This document shows, piece after piece, positions 1 to 11,043 of a DNA stretch of 64,000 bases. The position numbers and the translations under genes are program-made. The DNA is taken from positions 12,588,001 to 12,652,000 of the forward strand of contig OZ076409.1 of the NCBI GenBank assembly GCA_964187785.1, in the 5' to 3' direction. Origin of the DNA: Amphiscolops sp. MND2022 (Eukaryota). The notes under the pieces were generated by a model, which did not search any database, was not told the origin of the DNA, and was given only the letters and a program-made list of their open reading frames with translations. The first letter of the stretch is position 1; each line of letters opens with the position of its first letter.

Positions 1-2740
1 ACGATTCACCACTAAAAGTGCGGCGCACTTTCGACTCAAAGAAAGGACAGTCAGATAGATCTAGCAAGCTAGATTTAATGTTATCTTCTTTATCACAAGC
101 GACCAACATAAACACAGGCAGCATAACTATTTTCCGAGATGTCGCAAAGTGTAGATTCATCTCATCAAAATCCTCGTCACGGAGAGCTAGTCCATCAATA
201 GCGATTTTGATTAGAGGCATCAATTTTGTCCTCGTTTGGTGATAAATTTTCGGAACCTCAGAAGGAAAGATTGCATTCCAGTCGGTCTGCATTTTCAGAC
301 TTCTTGCATTAGCTGCTTCAATTGCAAGATAACTGGCGAAAGTCAATCAACGGGATCTTCAGCAAAAAAACTTCAACAAAATCATTCAGGATTCTCTGTA
401 AAGCCTTTCGGATAAATCCAGCTCCAGGTGTTTGGCGGTGAATGATTGTGAATGATTATTTGTCCTTGATGGGACTACAAACAATGACAAGTATCTTGAT
501 AGTATGGTTTTCATTCAGAAATAAGAAGTAATCACTTGTTTCGCGATGCTCGACTGGAAGACCTTGGGTTAGCCTGGCATCACTGCATGTCCATTTACGA
601 AGATCAAACTGTCCTCGTTTTAAAGTCTCAGTGAGACCGGGTGAGCTGCTTTCAAGTTTTTGCATGATTTAGAACGTCATCCCCATAGAAGTCGCCATTG
701 ACGGGTTCCTTCACACTTTCAGAAAATCAGAATTTGAAACATTATATGTTACTCAAGTCATTCGATACGTCGAAATTGGTTCATTCGGAGTATTGTCTTT
801 GATTTTGTGCCGTAGAATTTTGTGCCAATAGCGATCCTCAAAAAAGAGTTCATCCTGGCGATACGTTTTTGCCAAAACCGCTGACATTGCAATTTTGAAA
901 ATATGAAACCTGAATTAAATGTATGAGTCAATCCTCTTCATATATGGTCAATTAACAAACAATCGTTGAGCCAGTAGTTGGTAGTAGTTTTTGAACTTTC
1001 GTCGAAGACAACGCGAAATTTCGTGATAGATCTGCTTCTTTCATTACGCAATGATGAATGATGCTGCAAGACAAACTTCCCCTCGTCGTCCAATTGATTG
1101 TCTGGTACCTTTTCTCAATGTTCTAGAATATTGAACTCTTGGATAAACCCAGAGTATCGTTCCTTCAGAGACAAATCATTACTTAATTTTGTCTCAAGAT
1201 CAAGAAATGGGCGCATCGCGAAAGCTCTGCTTGACCCCAAAGCTGGTCCGCAATATTTCAACCGCATTTCAACGACAAATCGTCGGTCATCGTTCGGCTT
1301 CGATGTACGGTCGAAATTTTCAACGCGTTCACGTTCTGATTTGGTCAGGTGTTTTTCCTCAGGTACGGTTTCAAGTTCTCAAAATTGGGTAACATAGATT
1401 TTGTTGGTATGAAATGAACCACAATATGTTTGTTGCTTCTTTATCTTGTTGAAAGGGTCCATAGACAATTCAACCTAAAATTCAGAGGTGTAGTACATTT
1501 TCTTTGAATTTTCCTTTTCTGATTGATACTTCCAGAACATCTGCTCCAAAGAAAATACCAATTTGTCCTCGGAGTTGCGGTTTGGATCAGTCAGTTTGAG
1601 ATTTTTGATGCTTTCCAGCGTTAGGGGTCTTTATTTTTTGAGGATAAACAAGATTCGGAATCTCGGGAACAAGATGAAGATTGACAAGTACTGTATCATT
1701 GAGGACGGTTGACAAAATTTATTTCGTTTTTTGTGAAGATGATGATGATTCTTCCATGAAGTTTCAATTTCAATGCATTATCTCTACTTTCACTTACAAA
1801 ACAAGCTTTTGATTCGGAGTCATGCATGGCTCGGAGAGTCACTGGAGTGCCATCGGCACCCTTGGATATTTTGTAGGCTGTTGATAAAAGGACAGTTTTC
1901 TGTAGACTGTCTGCTCCTCATTGATTATTTGCAACTGTCTCTACGACAGAACTAACCTGGACTTCTTGAAAACTGTCTTCAACATCGACAGAAGTAGTTT
2001 TCACTTGAGACTGGCGGTGGTACAAGGTATGATGCCTCTGTCTGTACTCTCTACATGTAATCCTACACGGACAATTACTGACATTTTGACCAAGTTGAAG
2101 ACAGTTGTAGCATGCACGCTTGGCTTTTACAACATTGAAGCGTTCCGGTATTGAAAGAGTTTTGACTTTCAGCAACTCATGTAACTAATGTTGTACGTTG
2201 CACACGTCCATACATGATACTGGCGCTCTATAAACCTGACATTGTCTCTCGCATGCATTCTGATTGCTGGCTTGTTAGGAAACTTGCTTTGAAAGACTCG
2301 ATTCAAGTGGTCGACTTTTTGTTTTGAGAAATTGTGCTAGTTGATCCAGGGTTGGAAGTTCAATTTTTGCATGCTTAAGTTGCCATTGGTTGTGAGAATC
2401 GTCCTGGGATCTTTTTTCCCAGAGCCAAGACACGATGAGGGAATGTCTTTGATCAGCGGGTTTCCGGAGTTCTTTCAAACAGCTAAGGTGCTCATTCGTG
2501 ACTTCCAACGGTTGTTTGAGGCTGCTTGCAGATTAAACCCTTACTGAGTGTTGAAACCAGATAGATTGGAGGTTAGCGTGAATGATGCTCCGTTTTGGCG
2601 TTGTTTTAGGTCAGTAGGCCCAAAGCATTAGTAGAGTTAACATCACCATACCAGTTACTGCCGCATTGAAAAGATCAAAGAGTGACATCCGTTCAGATTA
2701 TTGTCCACTGAAAGTTGGTAAATTTAGTTTTGGCAAGCAT
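1..2740 (-). mobile_element. Degenerate BEL/Pao LTR retrotransposon gag-pol relic, running off the left edge
   Basis: Minus-strand remnants in BEL order: gag motif LPKLNLPTFSGQ (~2700-2735), zinc knuckle CYNCLQLGQNVSNC...CREYRQRHHTLYH (1918-2175), RT remnants KFRVVFD (~1000-1025) and FDLRKW (456-665). Many stops and frameshifts; no LTR identified. Confidence 0.8.
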
Positions 2741-4204
2741 TTTCTATCTCGGAAAGAACAGCTTCCGCTTTACAAGGCTGGTTTCTATTACTGTGTTTAC
2801 ATTGTTCAAAATGTTTTCTAGACCCGTAAATGGTCCTTTGTGGCCACCTCGCACTTTAATTCTTTTGTTTGAGGTCTAATTTTTAATTTTTATTTGATTT
2901 GAAATCAACAAGGATCTTCTGTCAATCGCTCAACGACAAATTCCGAAGGTCCACTGTTAGTTTTCCTAATACGAAGACCACCTTCGGTCAAATTGGTTGT
3001 TGTGTTTGCTCTTACTATGTTATAGGCAGTAAAAAAATTAATTTTAGGAAAAATGGCCAATTGTACAAAATCTGTACCTTCATTGAAGTTCATTGAAGCA
3101 TTTGAAGCCTGCTTCATTGAAGCCTGCTTTGTCTTGTGAAATTTTTCTTCTTTTCCGAATACCACAGTGAATAAACTGCATGTTTTTAAACGTGTTTAAA
3201 ACGAAAATTTTTAAATTTTTTAAAAATTTTTTGAAAGCGATAGTTTAAATTCAGCAACGTTTGTTTTTTTCCATTCTTTCAGCTGGGCGTGAAAACTTTT
3301 TTCGTTTAATGTAAACTGAATTTGTTTAAATTGAACGACATTCTAACTCAGAACATGATCGATGGTTCGAATCGATGGTTAAAAACACGGCGTTTGTTCA
3401 GATTGAAAATCACAATTGTTTAATAGGAGAAAAAAACGTATAGTTCTTCCACTGATATTTTTTTGCATTTTTATACTGCATTTTTTTGTATCCCGATTTG
3501 CCGTCTGCCCAATCCTTTCACCGTTTTGTTTTCCGTTTGTTTTGCCCGAAAGAATTGAACTGTATTTCGTTGCGGCAAGTAGTGGTCAGTAGAATCGAAT
3601 TAGGTTTTTAATTCCAAGTTTATCCAGTTGTTTCGTATTCTGCTCTTGTTTTCCGGTATAGTTTTTCTAGTCGATGCCCCCCCCCCCCCCCACATGAAGT
3701 CTTCTTGTTGCTTTTGTCCTTTTGCGGACCACCGGTTCCTGGTTTCCCGGTCATATCTCCTCTTTTCAGGGTCTGACTTTGTCATGTTGTATTTTAAGGT
3801 TAAGAAAACAAGTTTTCTAAAATACCTCTTTCCTCATGACAACCGTTTTCTATACTGAAATCTTGGCACAAATGCAAAACAATGCATTGACAATTTGCGA
3901 TAACGTCTGTCAACAGTTTCGTAGTACTGTCTATTATTTCGGAGTCGTAACTCGGTAGAATTCATTTCGGATCAACTGTATATAACGTTTTCGATTTTAT
4001 AATGCTGATAGTGATCCGAACGGCAAACAGATTGGCGGATCGCAAAGATGAAACATCGAACTTGAAATGCAAGATTTTTTGAAGAAGATCTTAGCACGCT
4101 GGAGAACAAGGAACAAGCTTAATAAACGCATTAAAAGGCCAAGTTTTGATTTGGTCAATAAACCTGCCTAGAGCTACTCTAGGAAATAGTTCGCTATTAC
4201 AATG

Positions 4205-5124
4205 TGTAACGGCTGCTTGCCTTTATCCTGCGCTGAGGCTTGACAAGCTTTACGCCGCCCTGATCCGTTGCTTAGTGCTGTGGACCGTCACTAAACAATT
4301 CCTGGTTTCTTATTTTAAAGGACTGTATCTTTTGACTGGTGGGTCCGATGTGACCCGTGGAATCTCCTGCGATTCCTCTGTTCACTGAATTGGATCCGAT
4401 GTGATCCTGCACACACTTCCCTCACTGTATCTTCACGCGCTCCGGCTCTCCAACTATGAGAGTAGCTACTTAGTCGCTCTAACTCTAGCGAAAAGTTGTG
4501 AAGATTGAGAAGTTGATTATTAAGTCTTGCGGTCCTGAGACCCAACTTGACTATAGCTATTCAGTGGAGAAAATCTCTCTCTAATAATAGTATACATATC
4601 GTTTACAATTCTACAGTAAATATAAGCAAATATCAGTTAAAATATGTTGTATAAATAAATGACATTTAAGTGAATTATTAAAGTTATTGGCTATGTAAAC
4701 AAAGCACATGGTGGTTTTGGCATGTTGGTTAGGTGGGTTAGAAAGTATGTTTACACTATGTAAACATTATCAATTCAACAGAGTTACATTCTAATGTGGT
4801 CATATAGGTAAATAACAAAGTTTACATTTTTGGTTCAATGACCTTGAATACTACACATGTGAGGGGTAAAGGGGGTTATAATGGGGGAATGAACTTGAAA
4901 CTTAGCCGGTGTGTTCGTGTTAGGTATCTGCGTATGTGTGCCAAGTTTCAAGTCTCTACGGTTATTAGTTGCAGAGAAAACCCTGACTGGGGGGGGTTTT
5001 TCGATTTTATGACGATTGACTTTTCTTCAAATTTTCATCTAAGTTTTTAGGAGTTTAAGTTCTCGTATCTCAACCAACATGTTCTGAATCGAGTTTCTCT
5101 GCCTTCTGATGACTGGCGCCAACA
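4205..5124 (-). repeat. 3' LTR (920 bp)
   Basis: Direct repeat of 9296-10216 at offset 5091. Confidence 0.95.
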
Positions 5125-5600
5125 TTGCCGGCCCTGTTTTTCTCCTGAAAAACACTTTCGTAGAACATGGGTGCCAGTTTCACTACTGGTCTTTTGAGTT
5201 TGTCATCGATTGTCGTTGTCGTTTTGAGATCTCCAGGTTCATTGTCATGTTTGACGGTTAATTGCCCTGTTCTTTCTCTGCTGCAACAAAATCCCAAACC
5301 ATATTCCTGTTCGCTGACCATAAGGTAGTTTTCGGCAAGTTCACATAACACATCCAAATATTTCCAAAAACAGTTTTGCTCATTTGAAGTCGTGGTTTTC
5401 CCAATTATTACAAACTTCATCGTCAACGTCTGACATTCTTCGTGTTCAATCAATTGCTTTCTTTTAGAACCTTTAAAAGGTATGATACAACCATGCTTCA
5501 TTTCATTTGACTTAGCTCCCATCGACATCCAAAGAATATGTTCCCAGAATAAGTCGAGAACATCTCCAGCCAGTTTCCCAATATCTGCTTTGCTTCGCAA
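5070..5600 (-). pseudogene. Remnant of BEL integrase C-terminus, reading into the LTR
   Basis: KLKRPVVKLAP matches the conserved terminal motif of BEL/Pao pol; the rest is scrambled. Confidence 0.65.
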
Positions 5601-5723
5601 TTCATCATCAAAATTGACTGACCGCGGGGAGATATGTCAAACTGCTTTCATTCTCTAGTATTTCCATAATCTTGATCTGGATCTGCAGTTCTTGAAATGT
5701 ACTTGAATCAACAATTATCTTAA

Positions 5724-8441
5724 TCAGTAGATAAAGAGAATTCCAACATTACGACAGTTGAAGTTCTCCCGTTTGTTTTCGGTGTTCTTTGTGCATCTAA
5801 AGAAAAATTTGCGTTCGGAACTCAGTTGCTGCGCTTCATTTTGCTTCTTCCCTTCTGACACGTCGTATTCCGTGTCTACATCCATGTTTTCTTCCAATAA
5901 CTGCAATGCTTTGGAGTTTCGCTTTCGCTTGTGTTTGTAGAACGTCACCCAGCTTCTCTCACCACAAAACTCCAACTTCTTAGCGTCTGGGTTTCTACGA
6001 GGCTCCACTAGATCATAGGAAACTTCCAATTTTCCAAAAGTCCCATTCTGAGTCCACATTGTCTTGAATGGTGCAGCCGGCCCTTTGCAAGACCCACCGC
6101 TCCAACTTTCTGTTGTTGGTACTTCCAATGAACACATTTGCGTTCTTGTCACTGATGATTTGTCTATCAGATCAAACCAAACTGTGTCCTTTTGTATTCC
6201 ATTCTCGTTCAACTGAGTTCCTTCCGTCATTCCATGAATCAGGTTTGAGAGGGGTTCAATTTTCCAAGCTCTTTTCTTCGGTCGCTTGCGGTGACCTTTG
6301 CTCAATTGAGTTTCAACAATCCCGTTAGCCTGTGCCACCGCATCCATCCCAGAGTTCCCATTTCCAATCCAAAGGTTCCAAGCATTATTCTTACTCGGGA
6401 TAGTATCTTCAACAAAGCTTACTTTGAAGTCAAAATGAAATTTCTTTCCAAACGATGTATTCATGGCTTGTGTTTCACCTTCATTGCCTTTCACGGGTTT
6501 GTCATGTTTCACTGCAACGTGGCATAGCTGTTGACACATGACTTCTTCATTCAAACTTTTTTGCAGTGCAAATTGCTGCTCATTCACAAATCCATAACTT
6601 TTGACAAAATCAAAGCATTTTTTGTTTCCTTCTTCAAGAAGTAGGGTACTGTCATGAAACATCGTCACTTCGAATAATTTCCCTTGTTGTACGTCATGTT
6701 GTACAGTGATAACTTCTGCACTCTCTAGCAGCAGTTCCAATTGCACACTCAATTCTTTTGAAGATTGTTTGCCTAATGAGAATGTTAAGCTTCTATGCTC
6801 TTTCCTTGTTTCCGTCATTGTGTACTTCAAGTTCTGCTCCCTTAGCACTATGGAATGATCACTAATGACCAAGTGAATCTCTTCTTCCACAACGTGTTTG
6901 GTATCCACGAGGAGAGTTTCTGAACGGAAGTCTTGCCGACCATTGTCTACAATGATTGTTTCTGACCAGTTTTGTATGCTTTCCGCTTTGGGGAGCTTCG
7001 AGATTCCTTTGTTTCCAACGTTCACTTCTGGTTGTGATGTTGCTCCTTTCACGAATGCTCCTTTATCAGCTTTTGTTCTATTTCCCCGATCAACTCGCTC
7101 ATCGGCTTTTGTGAGAGATTTTGAGTCCCTCATAGGTGCGGACAACTTTCCTTCGTGAGCTAATTTCACTGCATTCTCTAATTTCGAGTGTGCTGATAGT
7201 GCAATATTGGACTTAGCGCCGTCTTCGACTGTTTCTGTCTCAGCCATGCATCTTGAGTCTTCCGTGAAACTGTCGACTGATGAGACACTTGGGAAGCTAG
7301 TCCCCTGACTGCTCGACACTCCCGCTATTTCTCTTTCTTTTTCAGCTATTCTCGCTTTGCGGGCAAGCTGTTCATGCAAGTCAGCTATTTCCATTTCTAT
7401 TGCTTCACGCTTCAGTTTCTCGAGTCGGGTTTGCAGTTCTTCTTGCTCTTTCTGAGCTTTTACTTTCAAATCGAGAACTCGTCTTGCACGTGATGTTTTT
7501 GAAATCACAGACGTTTTGTTGCTTTTGGTTTCAACCAGTTTTGGATGTTTGCCCAGTTCCTCTATTTCCAATTGTCCAGTCTCACTTCTTTGGCCTTGGA
7601 CTTCATCCGATTTCTGATCTTCCGTTTTCTCTAATGCTAGAGGAAACAGTCGATCTCCATTAGACCACTTCGTGCTAACTGTTGGCCTGTTGTCCATCAG
7701 GATTGTTACGTCAGACACCTTACTGTTTTCTTCGAGTAGTGATGTCACATCGTTGATTGAGTTTTCCACTTCAGATATGCTGTCTCTCATACCACAGCAA
7801 CTTTCTTGTTCCTTGGTCTTTCTTGACCGTGTCAGTGATTCCTTTTCACTAGCTGTTTCTTTTACACAATTAGGTTTTGCCTGATGGACACGTCTTTGCC
7901 TCAACTTTCTTGTGCGAGGGCATCTCATAGCTGCGTCTGCAGATGTTCCATTTGTCATCTGACTCAGTTTCATTTCTTTTATCCCATCAATTGGACACTT
8001 CAACATTTGCTGCACATCGGGGAACCAATATCCCCAACTCGATTCCAGTTTCGCAAAGAATTCGTCCCATTCAGTCACACTTCGACTGAGCTGTCTTTGC
8101 GTTTCTTCATTTGTAAGACTCAACATAAAGTCTACACAGAACAGCAACGCCTGTCTTCTCTCGCGGTATTCAATTACCCGATCAATTAATTTGCTTTTGG
8201 ATACAACAGCTCCTTCCTCATCGAGCTTGTCATCCAAGTCTTTTACCAATGTATGGAGCTTTTTCACATGTAGGGGTACAATATCCCAATAGAGGCACCA
8301 CGCGTACCAATCTGACGCATTTTCCAAATCTTTCGGTCTGAGCTCCATCAGTTGTTGGCTCTGCTTTGTGTTTCTTTCCTCAAACACAATTGCCATTCGA
8401 GGGTGCTGCGTCAGTTGCTTTTCTTTCTTTTTGGCTTTCAT
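5724..8441 (-). CDS. Long ORF (~905 aa from first ATG) of the non-autonomous element; gag-like coiled coil plus pol-derived remnants
   Basis: Frame open for 939 codons; predicted coiled coil KAQKEQEELQTRLEKLKREAIEME; BEL-like remnants KALQLLEE and QLSSERKF; homologue at 61468-63447. Confidence 0.7.
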   Translation of the reverse strand: MKAKKKEKQLTQHPRMAIVFEERNTKQSQQLMELRPKDLENASDWYAWCLYWDIVPLHVKKLHTLVKDLDDKLDEEGAVVSKSKLIDRVIEYRERRQALLFCVDFMLSLTNEETQRQLSRSVTEWDEFFAKLESSWGYWFPDVQQMLKCPIDGIKEMKLSQMTNGTSADAAMRCPRTRKLRQRRVHQAKPNCVKETASEKESLTRSRKTKEQESCCGMRDSISEVENSINDVTSLLEENSKVSDVTILMDNRPTVSTKWSNGDRLFPLALEKTEDQKSDEVQGQRSETGQLEIEELGKHPKLVETKSNKTSVISKTSRARRVLDLKVKAQKEQEELQTRLEKLKREAIEMEIADLHEQLARKARIAEKEREIAGVSSSQGTSFPSVSSVDSFTEDSRCMAETETVEDGAKSNIALSAHSKLENAVKLAHEGKLSAPMRDSKSLTKADERVDRGNRTKADKGAFVKGATSQPEVNVGNKGISKLPKAESIQNWSETIIVDNGRQDFRSETLLVDTKHVVEEEIHLVISDHSIVLREQNLKYTMTETRKEHRSLTFSLGKQSSKELSVQLELLLESAEVITVQHDVQQGKLFEVTMFHDSTLLLEEGNKKCFDFVKSYGFVNEQQFALQKSLNEEVMCQQLCHVAVKHDKPVKGNEGETQAMNTSFGKKFHFDFKVSFVEDTIPSKNNAWNLWIGNGNSGMDAVAQANGIVETQLSKGHRKRPKKRAWKIEPLSNLIHGMTEGTQLNENGIQKDTVWFDLIDKSSVTRTQMCSLEVPTTESWSGGSCKGPAAPFKTMWTQNGTFGKLEVSYDLVEPRRNPDAKKLEFCGERSWVTFYKHKRKRNSKALQLLEENMDVDTEYDVSEGKKQNEAQQLSSERKFFFRCTKNTENKRENFNCRNVGILFIY

Positions 8442-8809
8442 TTGTTCATATGACTCTTTTGTTTCACTGAGGGCTTTCGAACTTCGCAATTGTTTCTTGT
8501 AGGCTTTGTCACTTATCCCAACTTTGCAATTTCTCAGATACAAAGTGTCAACTGCTCAATCCGGTAATCAATCGCCAATTCTTGAAGAATCAACCCAATA
8601 CTGTCGATTATACTTGCCTTCTTTGACGAACTTGATTGTTTCGGTGGATCTTGTCTCTCTGACTTGATCCCTTGGCTTTACTTGGTGGATTTACTTGCAA
8701 TGACGTCTTAGACCAGATCTTTGCTTCAATCAGGAATACGTTCCCAAAGAAAACAATTCGTCTCAAAACTAGAGTTGATGCACAAATATCTCCAGAGTGC
8801 CGCTAAAGC

Positions 8810-9120
8810 CCAACTCCCAGAGTACACAGTAGTCCCAACTCCAGAGTCACTATAGTCCAAACACCCAGAGTTACAATAGCCCAAGCTCACAGAGTCACAG
8901 TAGCCCAATCTCCCACAGAGACACAGTAACCCAATCTCCCAGAGACACAGTAGCCCAATCTCTCAGAGACACAGTAGCCCAATCTCCCAGAGACACAAAA
9001 GCTCAATCTCCCAGAGACACAGTAGCCCAATCTCCAAGAGACACAGTAGCCCAATCTTCCAGAGACTTAGAAGGCTAATCTCCCAGAGACACAGTAGCCC
9101 AAAATCCCAGAGACACAAAC
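8810..9120. repeat. 24-bp minisatellite (GTAGCCCAATCTCCCAGAGACACA-like) in the element leader
   Basis: About 12 degenerate tandem units; a shorter array sits in the second copy at ~60915-61100. Confidence 0.9.
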
Positions 9121-9162
9121 TTAGAGACTCCAAGATCCAGTTCTTGGGCGATCTTCTCAGTT

Positions 9163-9293
9163 GTCCACCAACGAGTCGTCTTCGTCCTCGTCTTCTTCTT
9201 CTAGTCCGGGTCGTCCACCAACGAGGTGTCCGGGTCGTCCACCAACGAGTTGTCCGGGTCGTCCACCAACGAGTTGTCCGGGTCGGCGGACCA
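9163..9293 (-). promoter_or_regulatory. Primer-binding site followed by tandem PBS-like repeats
   Basis: TGGTCCGCCGACCCGGAC, then three TGGTGGACGACCCGGAC units separated by A(A/C)CTCGT, then a partial unit. The first unit resembles the tRNA-Tyr complement TGGTCCTTCGAGCCGGA. Confidence 0.75.
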
Positions 9294-9295
9294 AA

Positions 9296-10216
9296 TGTAA
9301 CGGCTGCTTGCCTTTATCCTGCGCTGAGGCTTGACAAGCTTTACGCCGCCCTGATCCGTTGCTTAGTGCTGTGGACCGTCACTAAACAATTCCTGGTTTC
9401 TTATTTTAAAGGACTGTATCTTTTGACTGGTGGGTCCGATGTGACCCGTGGAATCTCCTGCGATTCCTCTGTTCACTGAATTGGATCCGATGTGATCCTG
9501 CACACACTTCCCTCACTGTATCTTCACGCGCTCCGGCTCTCCAACTATGAGAGTAGCTACTTAGTCGCTCTAACTCTAGCGAAAAGTTGTGAAGATTGAG
9601 AAGTTGATTATTAAGTCTTGCGGTCCTGAGACCCAACTTGACTATAGCTATTCAGTGGAGAAAATCTCTCTCTAATAATAGTATACATATCGTTTACAAT
9701 TCTACAGTAAATATAAGCAAATATCAGTTAAAATATGTTGTATAAATAAATGACATTTAAGTGAATTATTAAAGTTATTGGCTATGTAAACAAAGCACAT
9801 GGTGGTTTTGGCATGTTGGTTAGGTGGGTTAGAAAGTATGTTTACACTATGTAAACATTATCAATTCAACAGAGTTACATTCTAATGTGGTCATATAGGT
9901 AAATAACAAAGTTTACATTTTTGGTTCAATGACCTTGAATACTACACATGTGAGGGGTTAAGGGGGTTATAATGGGGGAATGAACTTGAAACTTAGCCGG
10001 TGTGTTCGTGTTAGGTATCTGCGTATGTGTGCCAAGTTTCAAGTCTCTACGGTTATTAGTTGCAGAGAAAACCCTGACTGGGGGGGGGTTTTTCGATTTT
10101 ATGACGATTGACTTTTCTTCAAATTTTCATCTAAGTTTTTAGGAGTTTAAGTTCTCGTATCTCAACCAACATGTTCTGAATCGAGTTTCTCTGCCTTCTG
10201 ATGACTGGCGCCAACA
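9296..10216 (-). repeat. 5' LTR (921 bp)
   Basis: Direct repeat of 4205-5124; followed on the minus strand by TT-TGGTCC. Confidence 0.95.
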
Positions 10217-11043
10217 CAATGTTTTGATTACTGAGTCATTTACCTGATTGATTCAGCCACTCGACGAAACTTGAAATGGAAGGGTGAATTATTTTATTTT
10301 GCCTTTTTTAGTGTTCCATTTTTAGGGTGCCCTTTTTGGTTTTTAACATTGTAATTTTTTAAAATACTTTTCTTCAACAAAACTGAAGGCTTTCAAAAAT
10401 CACTAGTGTATTTAAAATCTGCAATTCGTATAAAAATTTTTTTACTATTCCGATTTAAACCGAACTATGATTGAATCTCTTTGCCGTTTTTGCAAAACAA
10501 TATCTTGACTTATTCAGTCTGAAAATCTGGCAATTGCAAATGTCCATTTGTTAGTCGGTGCTTTCGTAAAAAGAGACGACTATAGTAGTGGTTTTTTCAA
10601 CACCAACGAAGTGACAGATTTTGTAAGCTTTATCGGCGGTAACGTATACCTGATATAACGTTTCCTGGATAATTTTTCAAAGCTGTAAACTGTGCCAAGG
10701 AGTCCCCTTCGACAATAACACAACCCATACCAGATTTAACACAAACTGGATATAACGAATTCTGGATACAACCAATACCGGATAGAACGTTTCTTGAAGA
10801 ATTTTCAATGTTACAAAAGGGTCCCTCCTTTGGATTTTTATGGCGCAAACCCGATCTAACGCTAACCGGAATAACGAATTCAAGATGTAACGTATACCGT
10901 ACTTAAACTCGCATAACATTTTCATAGTTCGGATAAAACGTTTCTTTTCTTGCATAGCGTTATTTTTTCCCCAAATTTTCACGCCTAATTTACGTCCAAA
11001 AAAACTTTTGGCTCAGGTTTTCAGTACTATAAAATTTTGTTGG

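Larger units (their letters stand above)
4205..10216 (-). mobile_element. Young non-autonomous BEL/Pao-derived LTR retrotransposon
   Basis: LTRs 4205-5124 and 9296-10216 with TG...CA ends; by eye they differ by one substitution and one G-run indel. 5-bp TSD CAATG at 4200-4204 and 10217-10221. PBS-like TGGTCC 2 nt inside the 5' LTR; purine-rich tract before the 3' LTR. No protease, RT or integrase catalytic motifs seen. Confidence 0.95.

Noticed and set aside
8810..9293. CRISPR-like array
   Set aside because: Units are contiguous with no unique spacers, in a eukaryotic LTR-element leader with no cas genes.
10630..10910. Small element with ~16-bp GGATATAACG-type repeats and CGGTA...TACCG ends
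   Set aside because: Probably a non-autonomous repeat, but termini and TSD could not be defined.
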